This document shows, piece by piece, positions 18,274 to 27,345 of a DNA stretch of 64,000 nt. Source of the stretch: Terriglobia bacterium (GTDB lineage: Bacteria > Acidobacteriota > Terriglobia > Acidiferrales > UBA7541). Position 1 is the first letter of the stretch. The number at the start of each line of letters is the position of its first letter. The stretch covers positions 4,064,001-4,128,000 of the forward strand of contig OY968796.1 of assembly GCA_963695545.1 (NCBI GenBank), written 5' to 3'. The notes beneath the pieces were generated by a model, which made no database searches, was not told the origin of the DNA, and was given only the letters and a program-made list of their open reading frames with translations. The position numbers and the translations under genes are program-made.

Positions 18274-19353
18274 CTACTGTGAGGTATCGCTGTCCAATGC
18301 TGCGTGCGGCCAGCCGCCAGTCCAAGTAAGAGTTGATATCTGTAGCGACGGAATTCCTGTTTTCGCGTCGTATGCGTGGAACACGATAATGTCGCCGTCC
18401 TTTTGAAGCAAAACCGATTCGCCGCCGGGGCCGAGCCATTTCTGATTCGCACTAAGCAATGGCGTCGCAGCTCCATCCATCATCTTTTTCCCGTCTGAGT
18501 CCAAATAGGGGCCCGTGACTTCCCGGGAACGTCCCACCATGGTCCGGTAGGTACTCTTCGTTCCGCGGCAACATAGGTCCCACGAAACAAACAGGTAGTA
18601 GAACCTGTCGTGATGAACAACGAACGCCGCCTCGACAGCCTCGTAGTTAGGCGGCAATCCGGGGGGTGGTGGATCGAAATGTTCTGGTTTGGCGCGCGCG
18701 GCCAAGGAGTAGAGCGTCGTGTCGTCGGCTGAAAGCTTCCCCGTTTTCCGGTCGAGCTTCCTCATCTTGATTCCGCTCCAGAAGCTGCCGAAAGCCAGCC
18801 ACGCCTGCCCCTCTTCATCGAGCACCAGATTCGGATCGATCGCGTTGAAGTCGTCCGCAGCGGTTGACTGCAGAACCAGGCCGTCGTCCTCCCAACGATA
18901 GTCGGGGCTTTGCGGATTTAGCGTCTTGTTCGTCAAAAGCGCGATCCCAGATATGTTCGATCCGAATGAGGAGAATGCGTAGTACAGATGAAACTTGCCG
19001 TCAAAAAAAGAAATATCGGGGGCCCAGAGCTCCTTCGTTTTTGGACTTTCCTGTTTGATCCATGCGGGGATGTCGGAAAAGACGTGGCCGCACAATTTCC
19101 AGTGCACTAGGTCAGTCGAGCAACGAACAGGAAATTGTTCCGGCGTGGTTGAATTCGGCGGCGTGGTCGTAAACAGGTACCAGGTGTCGCCCTCTTTGAT
19201 GATCGACGGATCGTGCGCGCCCACCACGTCGCCCACGACTGGGATAGCGTGGGGCTTGTCGGACGCCCGTGCTCTTGGCACAAATACCTGCGCGAAAGTA
19301 GCTGCCAGAAGGCACGCGAACAGGTACGAGCATCGCGACCGAACGCGAATCAT
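18274..19353 (-). CDS. GH43 endo-1,5-alpha-L-arabinanase
   Basis: AHDPSII, WAPDI, NAIDPN, FGSFWSGIK, VEAAF, DLCCRG, GPGGES; GGAGGA RBS before ATG at 19353. Confidence 0.92.
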   Translation of the reverse strand: MIRVRSRCSYLFACLLAATFAQVFVPRARASDKPHAIPVVGDVVGAHDPSIIKEGDTWYLFTTTPPNSTTPEQFPVRCSTDLVHWKLCGHVFSDIPAWIKQESPKTKELWAPDISFFDGKFHLYYAFSSFGSNISGIALLTNKTLNPQSPDYRWEDDGLVLQSTAADDFNAIDPNLVLDEEGQAWLAFGSFWSGIKMRKLDRKTGKLSADDTTLYSLAARAKPEHFDPPPPGLPPNYEAVEAAFVVHHDRFYYLFVSWDLCCRGTKSTYRTMVGRSREVTGPYLDSDGKKMMDGAATPLLSANQKWLGPGGESVLLQKDGDIIVFHAYDAKTGIPSLQISTLTWTGGWPHAALDSDTSQ

Positions 19354-19389
19354 AGAATGTCCTCCACGAGCGCCATAGATATACACCGA

Positions 19390-19401
19390 GCAAACGTTTA
19401 C
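19390..19401. promoter_or_regulatory. LacI-type operator
   Basis: GCAAACGTTTAC about 37 bp upstream of the arabinanase start. Confidence 0.7.
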
Positions 19402-19435
19402 TTCAACCGCCAGCCTGGATATCGTCGAGCGAATC

Positions 19436-21670
19436 TCAGAACGTAACCTCAAGCGGGCTTCCGTCGAACTCCACAGCGCGCGTCTCTTGATCCAGCTTCA
19501 CCTCCAAGCTTCTGCGCGATGGTGGCAGCATGCGCGAGCGAGGCGCGAGACGCAGATTCAGCGTGCGCTTCGCGTCATGCCAGTCCATTTGAATTCCCGT
19601 CCATTCCCCGCGCCGATAGTTAAAGGAAACGCCGTCGTCTTCGTACAGCAAAAAGGACGCGTCACTGCCGGGATAAATACAGACTGAGAGAGGTAGGTCC
19701 ACTTTCTCGCCGGCGTATTGCTTTACGGGACCCATCGGGATTATCGATCCGGCGCGAATATAAAGAGGGATCGTCTCGAGGTCCACGTTGCGACTCACTT
19801 CGCGGCCCCCTTCAATGCGTTCTTGAGTCCAGAAATCGTACCAGTCGCCCGCGGGAAGATAAACTTGACGCGCCGCCACTCCTTTTTCAACCACGGGCGC
19901 CACAAGCACACTCCCGCCCCACAGGTATTCATCGCCGCATGCGACTGCTTTCGGATCGTCGGGATACTTCAACCACAGCGCGCGCACGATCGGCATGCCG
20001 GTCGCCGCACATTCATGCACCGTGCTGTAGAGGTAGGGGAGCATCCGGTAGCGCAGTTCCAGATACTTGCGGCAGATGGGTTCGACTTGCTCGTTATGCA
20101 GTTGGCTGGGATCAGGAACCGCGGCGCCGCCGTACGTGCTGATTTCGGTTGGGCCGGTGTCGCCCGTGTTCCAGCCCCAAGGTAGCCGAAGCTTCCACGC
20201 GCGCCCGTGACATCGAAACAGCGGGCAAAAAGCTCCGAACTGAAACCAGCGCAAATAAAGTTCGGCCGTGAATTCTTTTGTGGGCACGAACCCGCCAATG
20301 TCCGTTCCCCAGTAAGGAATTCCTGTGAGAGCCGTGTTGATGGCGATCGGGACATGGTTCTTGAGCGTCTCCCAGGTGGAAAAAACGTCTCCCGACCATA
20401 GAAATGAGGCGTATCGTTGCATGCCCGCATAACCGTTGCGATGCAACGCGTAAGGACGTTCATTTGGCCTGTCGAGTTGCGGGCCTTCCCAATACATCCG
20501 GTTGCGGGCCAAGCGGGAGGTAATGTCCAGCGGGTCGCCTTCATCGGGCCACCAGCCATCGATTCCGAGCGCAAAATCCTTGCGATGGGCGTCCCAGTAA
20601 CAGCTCGCTTGCGCTTCGTCGAATCGCGTGAGCTCGCATGGATCACGAACGGTCCCCTCGAGCTTGTCGGAGAGAATCACCACGTGAAACGCGGCTTTGA
20701 AATTATCCTTGTGAAGTTCCGCGAGCATTTCCTTTGGATCGGGGAAGACGCGTGAATTCCATTCAAAAGAACCATTTCCTGTATTCCAGCCGGACGGCGT
20801 GAATCCGGTGCCCAGGTAGATCAGAGCGTCGCACGGAAGTTTTTTCTCGCGGAATGTTTTCGCTTCGCCGAGCACTTCGTCGCGGCTGGCTAAAGTGCGA
20901 TGCGACTGCTGAAAACCGAGACTCCAGAGCGGCGGCATCTCGGCGTGTCCGGTAAGCCGCGCGTATTCTTCCATGATCGTTGCAGGATCGCGCGAAGCGA
21001 CGAAGAATATATCGAGCGGCAGCGCGGATTGCGGATCCGCCGGCTGGAACTTGCTCTGCACTCCCGTGAAATCGAATGTGCCGAACGGCTGATGGAAGAA
21101 AATCGCCCAGCCCCCCGTGCCAATCAGCCAGGGTATCGGCACACGCGCGCCGTGCGTATGCAGCTCGTAGCCGCCCTGTCCGTTCTTCATCAGATCGGTT
21201 GAGCCGCGCCGGTCAAATTGAGGTCCGCCTTCTCCGAGTCCTAGAAGCGGTGCGTCTCCGGTCAGGAAAGAGACCACGCCGGTCTCTTCGTCGATGGAGA
21301 GTTGCTGAATCGTTCGTCCTTCATGCGTTGCGACCGTAAAGGCCAGAGGCGCGGGAGAAAACGACACCTTCATTTTTCCGCATGCGACGCTTTGTGCCTG
21401 CACTTGCCCGCGCAGCTTCGCGACAGGCGCGCCCCAGGCGGTCTGCACGAGCGAGCCATCGGATGGAATCTTGCTCGCTACACCGCGCGCGATTGGGAGG
21501 ACGCTCAGGCGAAGCGAGTTTGCACTCACGGATGTGATCTGGACCTCGCAAATTTGTCCAGCGACCTGCAGATCCGCTCCCGCTGAAGTCGGCGCCTGCG
21601 GAAGGAACATTCCGGCGGATACTCCGCCCAGCTGTGCTAACACTTCCCGGCGATTCCACTTCCTAGTCAT
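19436..21670 (-). CDS. GH31 alpha-glycosidase (alpha-xylosidase/glucosidase-like)
   Basis: PPLWSLGFQQS, FPDPKEM, WWPDEGD, WSGDVFSTW, GTDIGGF, RWFQFGAFCPLFRCHG, LYEDDG; Tat-like NRREVL. Confidence 0.92.
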   Translation of the reverse strand: MTRKWNRREVLAQLGGVSAGMFLPQAPTSAGADLQVAGQICEVQITSVSANSLRLSVLPIARGVASKIPSDGSLVQTAWGAPVAKLRGQVQAQSVACGKMKVSFSPAPLAFTVATHEGRTIQQLSIDEETGVVSFLTGDAPLLGLGEGGPQFDRRGSTDLMKNGQGGYELHTHGARVPIPWLIGTGGWAIFFHQPFGTFDFTGVQSKFQPADPQSALPLDIFFVASRDPATIMEEYARLTGHAEMPPLWSLGFQQSHRTLASRDEVLGEAKTFREKKLPCDALIYLGTGFTPSGWNTGNGSFEWNSRVFPDPKEMLAELHKDNFKAAFHVVILSDKLEGTVRDPCELTRFDEAQASCYWDAHRKDFALGIDGWWPDEGDPLDITSRLARNRMYWEGPQLDRPNERPYALHRNGYAGMQRYASFLWSGDVFSTWETLKNHVPIAINTALTGIPYWGTDIGGFVPTKEFTAELYLRWFQFGAFCPLFRCHGRAWKLRLPWGWNTGDTGPTEISTYGGAAVPDPSQLHNEQVEPICRKYLELRYRMLPYLYSTVHECAATGMPIVRALWLKYPDDPKAVACGDEYLWGGSVLVAPVVEKGVAARQVYLPAGDWYDFWTQERIEGGREVSRNVDLETIPLYIRAGSIIPMGPVKQYAGEKVDLPLSVCIYPGSDASFLLYEDDGVSFNYRRGEWTGIQMDWHDAKRTLNLRLAPRSRMLPPSRRSLEVKLDQETRAVEFDGSPLEVTF

Positions 21671-21750
21671 CCTCGTTCACGCTTCCTCGACCCACGGACC
21701 ACGAGCTGTCTCAGAGGGTCTGGCTCAGCTTGGAGCCGTAGCGAACACTA

Positions 21751-21762
21751 GCAAACGTTTAC
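21751..21762. promoter_or_regulatory. LacI-type operator
   Basis: GCAAACGTTTAC about 80 bp upstream of the GH31 start. Confidence 0.7.
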
Positions 21763-22530
21763 AAGCCGAAGGCACACCATACGGCTTTCTGCTCCCCGAC
21801 TGCAATGGGTTCGGAAGGTCCTACCGAGATTTCGAGGTGCGCAGATCGATTGAAGACCTGCCAAACGCTGCCTGGTTATTTGGACGCTATCGCAGTTCGG
21901 TCCGCACGCCGCGATCAAAAAGTGGCATGGATTTGTATTCTGAGACTCGATGTGCATGTCGGATCGCTCTGAAACGCATGACACGCAAGAGCTACGCCGG
22001 AAAATCGCCCCTCCGCCTAGCGATTGAAAACAAAGGCGCTAAAATGATGGATGTGGGAAGTCGCAAACTCATTGGGTTTTGGATTGAGTTTGTGCCTAGC
22101 GAAGTCGAGGGGAATCCCCCATAAGCGCGGCCTTCTTTGCGCGGCTCCAGCGCTGGATTTGGGTTTCGTGGCTTCGAGCGCCTCAAAGTTGCAAGTGATT
22201 GTGCGCGTGGATTGGTTGCTATAGAATCCGCGCGCTCCAGGGCTTCAAGAACTCCTGGAGAGTGCCTGAAGTTGTGCATAACCGCGCGACTCGCGAGCGG
22301 GTGCAGGATCGGTGCGACAAAGGGGGCTCTGGGCCGAACAAAAATTCAAACATAGAAGGAGAAACCCATGAGCGCGACATCAGCAGATACGTTCGTCAAG
22401 AAGTCGGTTGGGCTGTCAATTGGGCTCGGCGCCTCTTTGAAGACCCCAAGAGGCTCGCCCTCTAGGCCGCTCCCGGTTGTGGCGATCGGAATCCATTTGT
22501 CGTTGAGCCGGTTTTCACGCCCGCTGGGTT

Positions 22531-23076
22531 TCACGCCGCGGCCACGACCTTCGTAAACGTCGATTCCAGATCGGACGTCCACGTGACCCCGCCATCTGTG
22601 GACGATTCGTATTTTTGCGTGTATTGCGTCTTGGAGACTTCCTTCCAGGTCAGGCGCGTCTCCATCGGCTTACCTTGCATCAGCGTCTCGGTTGTCCAAG
22701 TCCAAGTGTCGCCGCTGACATTTCCTTTGGCCGTGATCCGTTCGCCCCAACTGTCAAATGAGTCGTAGGTGTACATTTTTGTTTCCGGGTCATAGCCCAA
22801 TACGGCCATGATCGTAAAGTTGCCCGCGGGCGATTTGTTGACCGAATGACCGACAATAAAAAATCCTCCGGACACCCATTCCCACTTTTGAGTTGAGGAC
22901 ACCGGTCCGGCCATACCGTGCGCAGTAGATTTGCCCTCTTCTTTCCAGTTGCCCACAAAATACGCGAGGCGCATCAATTCTGGCCCTGGTTTCGGCGGCC
23001 CTTGCGGAGGCTGCGCCCGCATCGAAACTCCCAGCAACAAAACACTAGCCGCAACCAAACCGATGATTCGTTTCAC
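22531..23076 (-). CDS. Secreted DUF1579-like protein
   Basis: AAGGAGA RBS + GTG; signal peptide; PGPELMRLAYFVGNW, GYDPETKMY, FDSWG, STDGGVTW. Confidence 0.75.
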   Translation of the reverse strand: MKRIIGLVAASVLLLGVSMRAQPPQGPPKPGPELMRLAYFVGNWKEEGKSTAHGMAGPVSSTQKWEWVSGGFFIVGHSVNKSPAGNFTIMAVLGYDPETKMYTYDSFDSWGERITAKGNVSGDTWTWTTETLMQGKPMETRLTWKEVSKTQYTQKYESSTDGGVTWTSDLESTFTKVVAAA

Positions 23077-23184
23077 GGGAGTTCTCCTTAGCGTCTGAAC
23101 CCGCGGCCGCAGCTTTCCAACAGAAATGCGCTCCAACAAAACCGTGCTGGGCAGTTGGCCAAAATCATACGTCCGCCAAAACCT

Positions 23185-23312
23185 TTACGCCAAATCGATT
23201 CCCCGGGACGCGCCCGGGCGTTTGCCGTGCTCCTGCAGACGGCCATGCGGATCGTAGCTCACGCCAACATATAGAGAGCCAGCTGAGCAACGGGGATGTG
23301 GCAATAGAACAT
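23185..23312 (-). pseudogene. GIY-YIG nuclease (YhbQ-like) N-terminal fragment, frameshifted and truncated
   Basis: ATG TTC TAT TGC CAC ATC CC^ CGT TGC reads MFYCHI(L)RCSAGSLYVGVSYDPHGRLQEH, matching YxYILRCxDGSLYxGxTxDxxxRLxxH once one missing base is restored. Confidence 0.75.
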
Positions 23313-23381
23313 GACGAGGAGTGCCCATCGACGCGCCCCGAAAAGCCGGGCTTGCTCGGGACACCATATCCTGGTCGGATG

Positions 23382-23736
23382 TGGTGGAGGCGGGGGGAGT
23401 CGAACCCCCGTCCGAAAAGCGCTACGGCCCGAAGACTACATGCTTAGCGCGTTCGATTGGTTTCGCCGGCGGCGGTTGGAGCGCGCAAGAAACGCCACCG
23501 GCTAGTCCGATTGGTCTCGCCGTTACGTCACGGACCGAGGCGCAACGGCCAGCCTGCTAAATGACGCCTCGTTCAAGCCCGCAGACACTGCTTGAGGAGA
23601 CGGGCTACGCTAGGTTTGTCTAGGCAGCCAAAGCCAACTCAGTGTTGGCAGTTCTAGTTTTCCACCCGATAACGGACAGGTGGCGCCCGGCATGCCTTCG
23701 GGTCGCGACAGCTTCCGTCGAAACCGTGTCGCCCCC
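23382..23736 (-). ncRNA. ssrA: tmRNA; tag peptide (A)ANTELALAA
   Basis: 5' GGGGGCGACACGGTTTCGACG; 3' GACGGGGGTTCGACTCCCCCCGCCTCCACCA; tag ORF at 23649-23620; 355 nt; extended -10 TGtTAGAAT just upstream. Confidence 0.97.
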
Positions 23737-23841
23737 ATATCCACAATTCTAACACCATATCCGGCCGGGACACGGCGCTAGGAGCAGGTCTGCACCTTGG
23801 ATAGGTCGGTAGGTACGCTCGCAACGACGCGCGCCATTGCT

Positions 23842-24724
23842 CTATTGAATCGGAGTGACATCCACGCCCACATCCAACGTGTGCTTCGCGCCGCCGAGCA
23901 ACACGCCATGGATCGGACTGACGTCGCTATAATCGCGGCCCCAGGCCACAGTGATGTGACCCTCCGTCGGGAATGCAATTGTTCGTAGGGTCGAAATCGA
24001 CCCAACCAATCGCCCGGGCACCACGCCGAACACCACGCATGTGAAGCATCCGCGCCGACCAAGCGTGGCCGGCCAGGCGGCTGGAAACGTTCGCAGATAG
24101 CCGCTGACGTAACGGGCCGGCAGGCCCAGCGACCGCAGGCACGCGATCTGCAGATGCGCGAAATCCTGGCACACGCCGCGGCGCTTCTGAAAGAACGCTT
24201 CGACGGGAGTCGTGACTTCGGTGGCCTTCTTATCGAAGCGAAAATCACGATTTATTTGCCGCATGAGATCGTAAACCGCCTCGAGCAGCGGACGTCCCAG
24301 CGGGAAACGTCTGACGCGCGTAGTCGGCGAATTCGCGGCTCGCCCCCACGCGCTGCGAACCGAAAACAAACTGGTACGCGTCCAGACCCTCCTCGCTATG
24401 GTCGCCAGGCCACTGATTCCACAACCGTTTCCCACGGCGGAGACGCAGAGAAATCCGGGCGCGCAAGCGCATGCAACTTCGAGTTCGCTGCTCGCTTCGA
24501 CGATCAGGCAATCGTGCGGTTCTTGCAGCGTGAAGAACGTCTGGATATTGCCGAAATAGTCCGTCGTGCGTTGTCGTCACATCGGGCGAAGGCGATATTG
24601 AAATCCCCGTCTCACGGCAAACTTGCCCGGGAATATTGCGCGGAGTAAGGCGCACCAAATGATGCGACACCGAAACCGGATCCTCGTAGTCGTATGTCGT
24701 CTTGTGCCGCACGCGATAGATCAT
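23842..24724 (-). pseudogene. Transglutaminase family protein (Bact_transglu_N + core), several frameshifts
   Basis: MIYRVRHKTTYDY; GVCQDFAHL; ARYVSGYL; ADASHAW; DFDPTN; WGRDYSDVSP, spread over three frames. Confidence 0.85.
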
Positions 24725-27345
24725 GCCGTCCGCTCCTGCTCCGCATGACTGAAATAAGCATGGGTGATGGCATTCGACAAGGCGGGCAAAGCCGCGTCCA
24801 CTTGCGCGAGCAGTTCATCAAGCCGCTCGCGGATCCGCCCCGGCGCCCGGCTCGCAAAGTGCGCGGACATCCGCGGCAAACAGATTCGCGGCGGCTATCT
24901 TCAAGTCGCTTTTGCTTCAGAATCGGCCATCCGGCGCCCGATGGCATGCCGGACAAACTTCGGCAATGCTCGAAGAGGTCCTTCGATCTGAAACGCCAGC
25001 GACCGCGGATTCACCTCTTCGTTCATCAGTAGATCGAGCACGGGCGCGGGCTGCAGCGATGGTGAAGTATCGCGAGCGGTAGGCCATCGAACTGTCGGCG
25101 ACTTCGAGCAGCATCTCGAGCGCAGGCCAAGTCTGCGGACTCAGCGGCACGATGATGGTGCGGAACAGTTTCACCAGTTGGACCGAGCGCTCGATGCGCC
25201 TCCCGATGCTCAGGAAATGCCAGCCTGGTCCGCGCGTCAATATTTTCCATTTCGATTCCGCGGAGGGCGGCGAGGGTCCCGATACAGCCATTCAACACCG
25301 CCAGCGCATCTCCGACCGAAACGTATCCCCAGGCGCTGATCATCGGCGCCACGCGCGAGGGTGCTGAACTGATTCACAACGCGCAGCAGATCGCTCGAAA
25401 GGCGATCGCGCACTTGTGCCGCGGAACGCCCGGCGCGATTCAGAATCGCGGTCAGACTGTCGCTGCGCTGCTCTTCGAAAATGCGCGAAAGAATTTCGCC
25501 GTTCCAAATCGCGCAATTGGTCGGGATGCCCTTCGGGATCGTCCTTCGAGAGCCGCGAGTGGGGAGACTCCAGACACTCGTACATCTTCATCAGCGATTC
25601 CCAGTCCGGGCCCTCGTCTCGGCCGCACCCGACTTGCCCGTCAGCCGAATCAGAATGCATCGAAGCATGCGTGCCAGATGCTCGCTGCGCTCGGCGTAGC
25701 GGCCCAGCCAGAAAATGTGGTCGGCCGCGCGGCTCGGCAAATCGCTAACAGCGCCGCGATTTAGTTCCACCGGCACGTCGCGCGGTCGCTGCAAACTAAA
25801 TGTGCCGACCGGCTTTTCTGAAAGAACCCAAGTGTCCTTACTTCCGCCGCCGCGCTGCATCGAGACGACCGGCGTATCGATCGACGGAGAAACGCGCGCG
25901 AGTCCGCCCGGGATCACAACCCATGAGTCGCCCGATCCGCCGCCAGATAAACGCGCAGCACTACGCGCCGCGGAGTCAGACCATGTTCTTCCGACCACAC
26001 CGGCGCCGCGGACAGATTCAACAACTCCTGCCCCGCGAATTCGTGCGGACTCTCTTTGATGCGCGCAATCAGCCGCGACGCGCTGCTCGGGCCCGAGCTT
26101 TCCTCCGAACACAGGCTCCATGCCCTTCGAGGGAAACGCCGGCTTGATCACCAGAAAATCCAGATTATCGAGCACGTAGCGCAGCGCGTCAGGCTGCCCG
26201 CACCACCACGTCGCGGCCGATGGGAGCTTCAGATCTTCTCCCAGCATGCGCCGGCTAAGTCCGGGGAAAAATGGCATGAACGCCGATGTTTCGATCAGCC
26301 CGCTGCCGAGCGCATTCGCCACGGCGACGTTGCCCGCACGCACCGCTTCCACCAAGCCCGGCCACGCCGAGGTACGAATCGGAACGCAACTCGATCGGGT
26401 CGCAGAAGCTATCGTCCACGCGCCGCAGAATTACGTCCACTTGCTTCAGTCCTTCGAGCGTCTTCAGGTAAACGCGGCTGTCGCGCACCGTCAGATCGCC
26501 GCCCTGAACCAACGTGAAGCCGAGATAGCGCGCGAGATAGGAATGCTCGAAGTAGGTTTCGTTGAATGGTCCGGGCGTGAGCAGAACAACGCGCGGATTC
26601 TCGCGCTTCGTCGGCGAAAGTTGCAGCAGCGTTTCGCGAAACGACACGGAAGAACGAAGCCAGCCGCTTCACCCGGAACTCGCGGAACAGATCCGGAAAG
26701 GTTTCCGCCATCACGATGCGATTCTCGAGCGAATAACCCGCGCCCGAAGGCGCCTGCGTGCGGTCGGAAATCACCCACCACTCGCCATCCGGCCCGCGCG
26801 CGAGATCCACTGCCAGCAAGTGCAGGTACGTGTTGCCCGAAACCTTTATTCCGTGGCATGGCCGCCAGAATCCCGGGTTCGCAAAAACCAGCGCCGGCGG
26901 AATCTGTCCGCCGCGAAGCAACTGTTGCGGGCCATAAAGATCGGCCAGAATCAGATTCAACAGCCGCGCGCGCTGGATCAATCCAGCTTCCAGTTGGCTC
27001 CATTCCGCCGGCGGGATCATCAGCGGAATCGCATCGAGATTCCACGGCCGGTCCATCCCCAACGGATCGCCATAGACGTTGTAGGTGACGCCGTTTTCGC
27101 GAATTCGCTGCCGGGCAGTTTGCCAGCGGCGCGCCAGTTCATCGGTCGCCGCAGCGCGGAAAGTGAGTTGATGAATGTGTCCCAATGCGGTCGAAGCACG
27201 CCGGGCGCGGCGAACATCTCGTCGTAAAGCCCGGCGGTCTGAGGATAGCCGCTCGCTTAGGAGTGGACCCTTCGCCGTGTCTGCGTGAAATTTTCATTCG
27301 CGCATCCGCAGGAACAATTCGCCGCACTCCGCGAGCGGGCTTCAC
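24721..27345 (-). pseudogene. Circularly permuted type-2 ATP-grasp + alpha-E domain fusion, many frameshifts
   Basis: ENGVTYNVY, AGLIQRARLL, DRTQAPSGAGY, VLLTPGPFNETYFEH, LRRVDDSFCDP, VANALGSG, SMQRGGGSKDTWV, FWLGRYAER, IGRRIER in successive frames. Confidence 0.85.

Noticed and set aside
1..23382. Glycan locus as a genomic island integrated at tmRNA
   Set aside because: No integrase and no duplicated ssrA 3' end seen in the window; cannot be excluded beyond the left edge.
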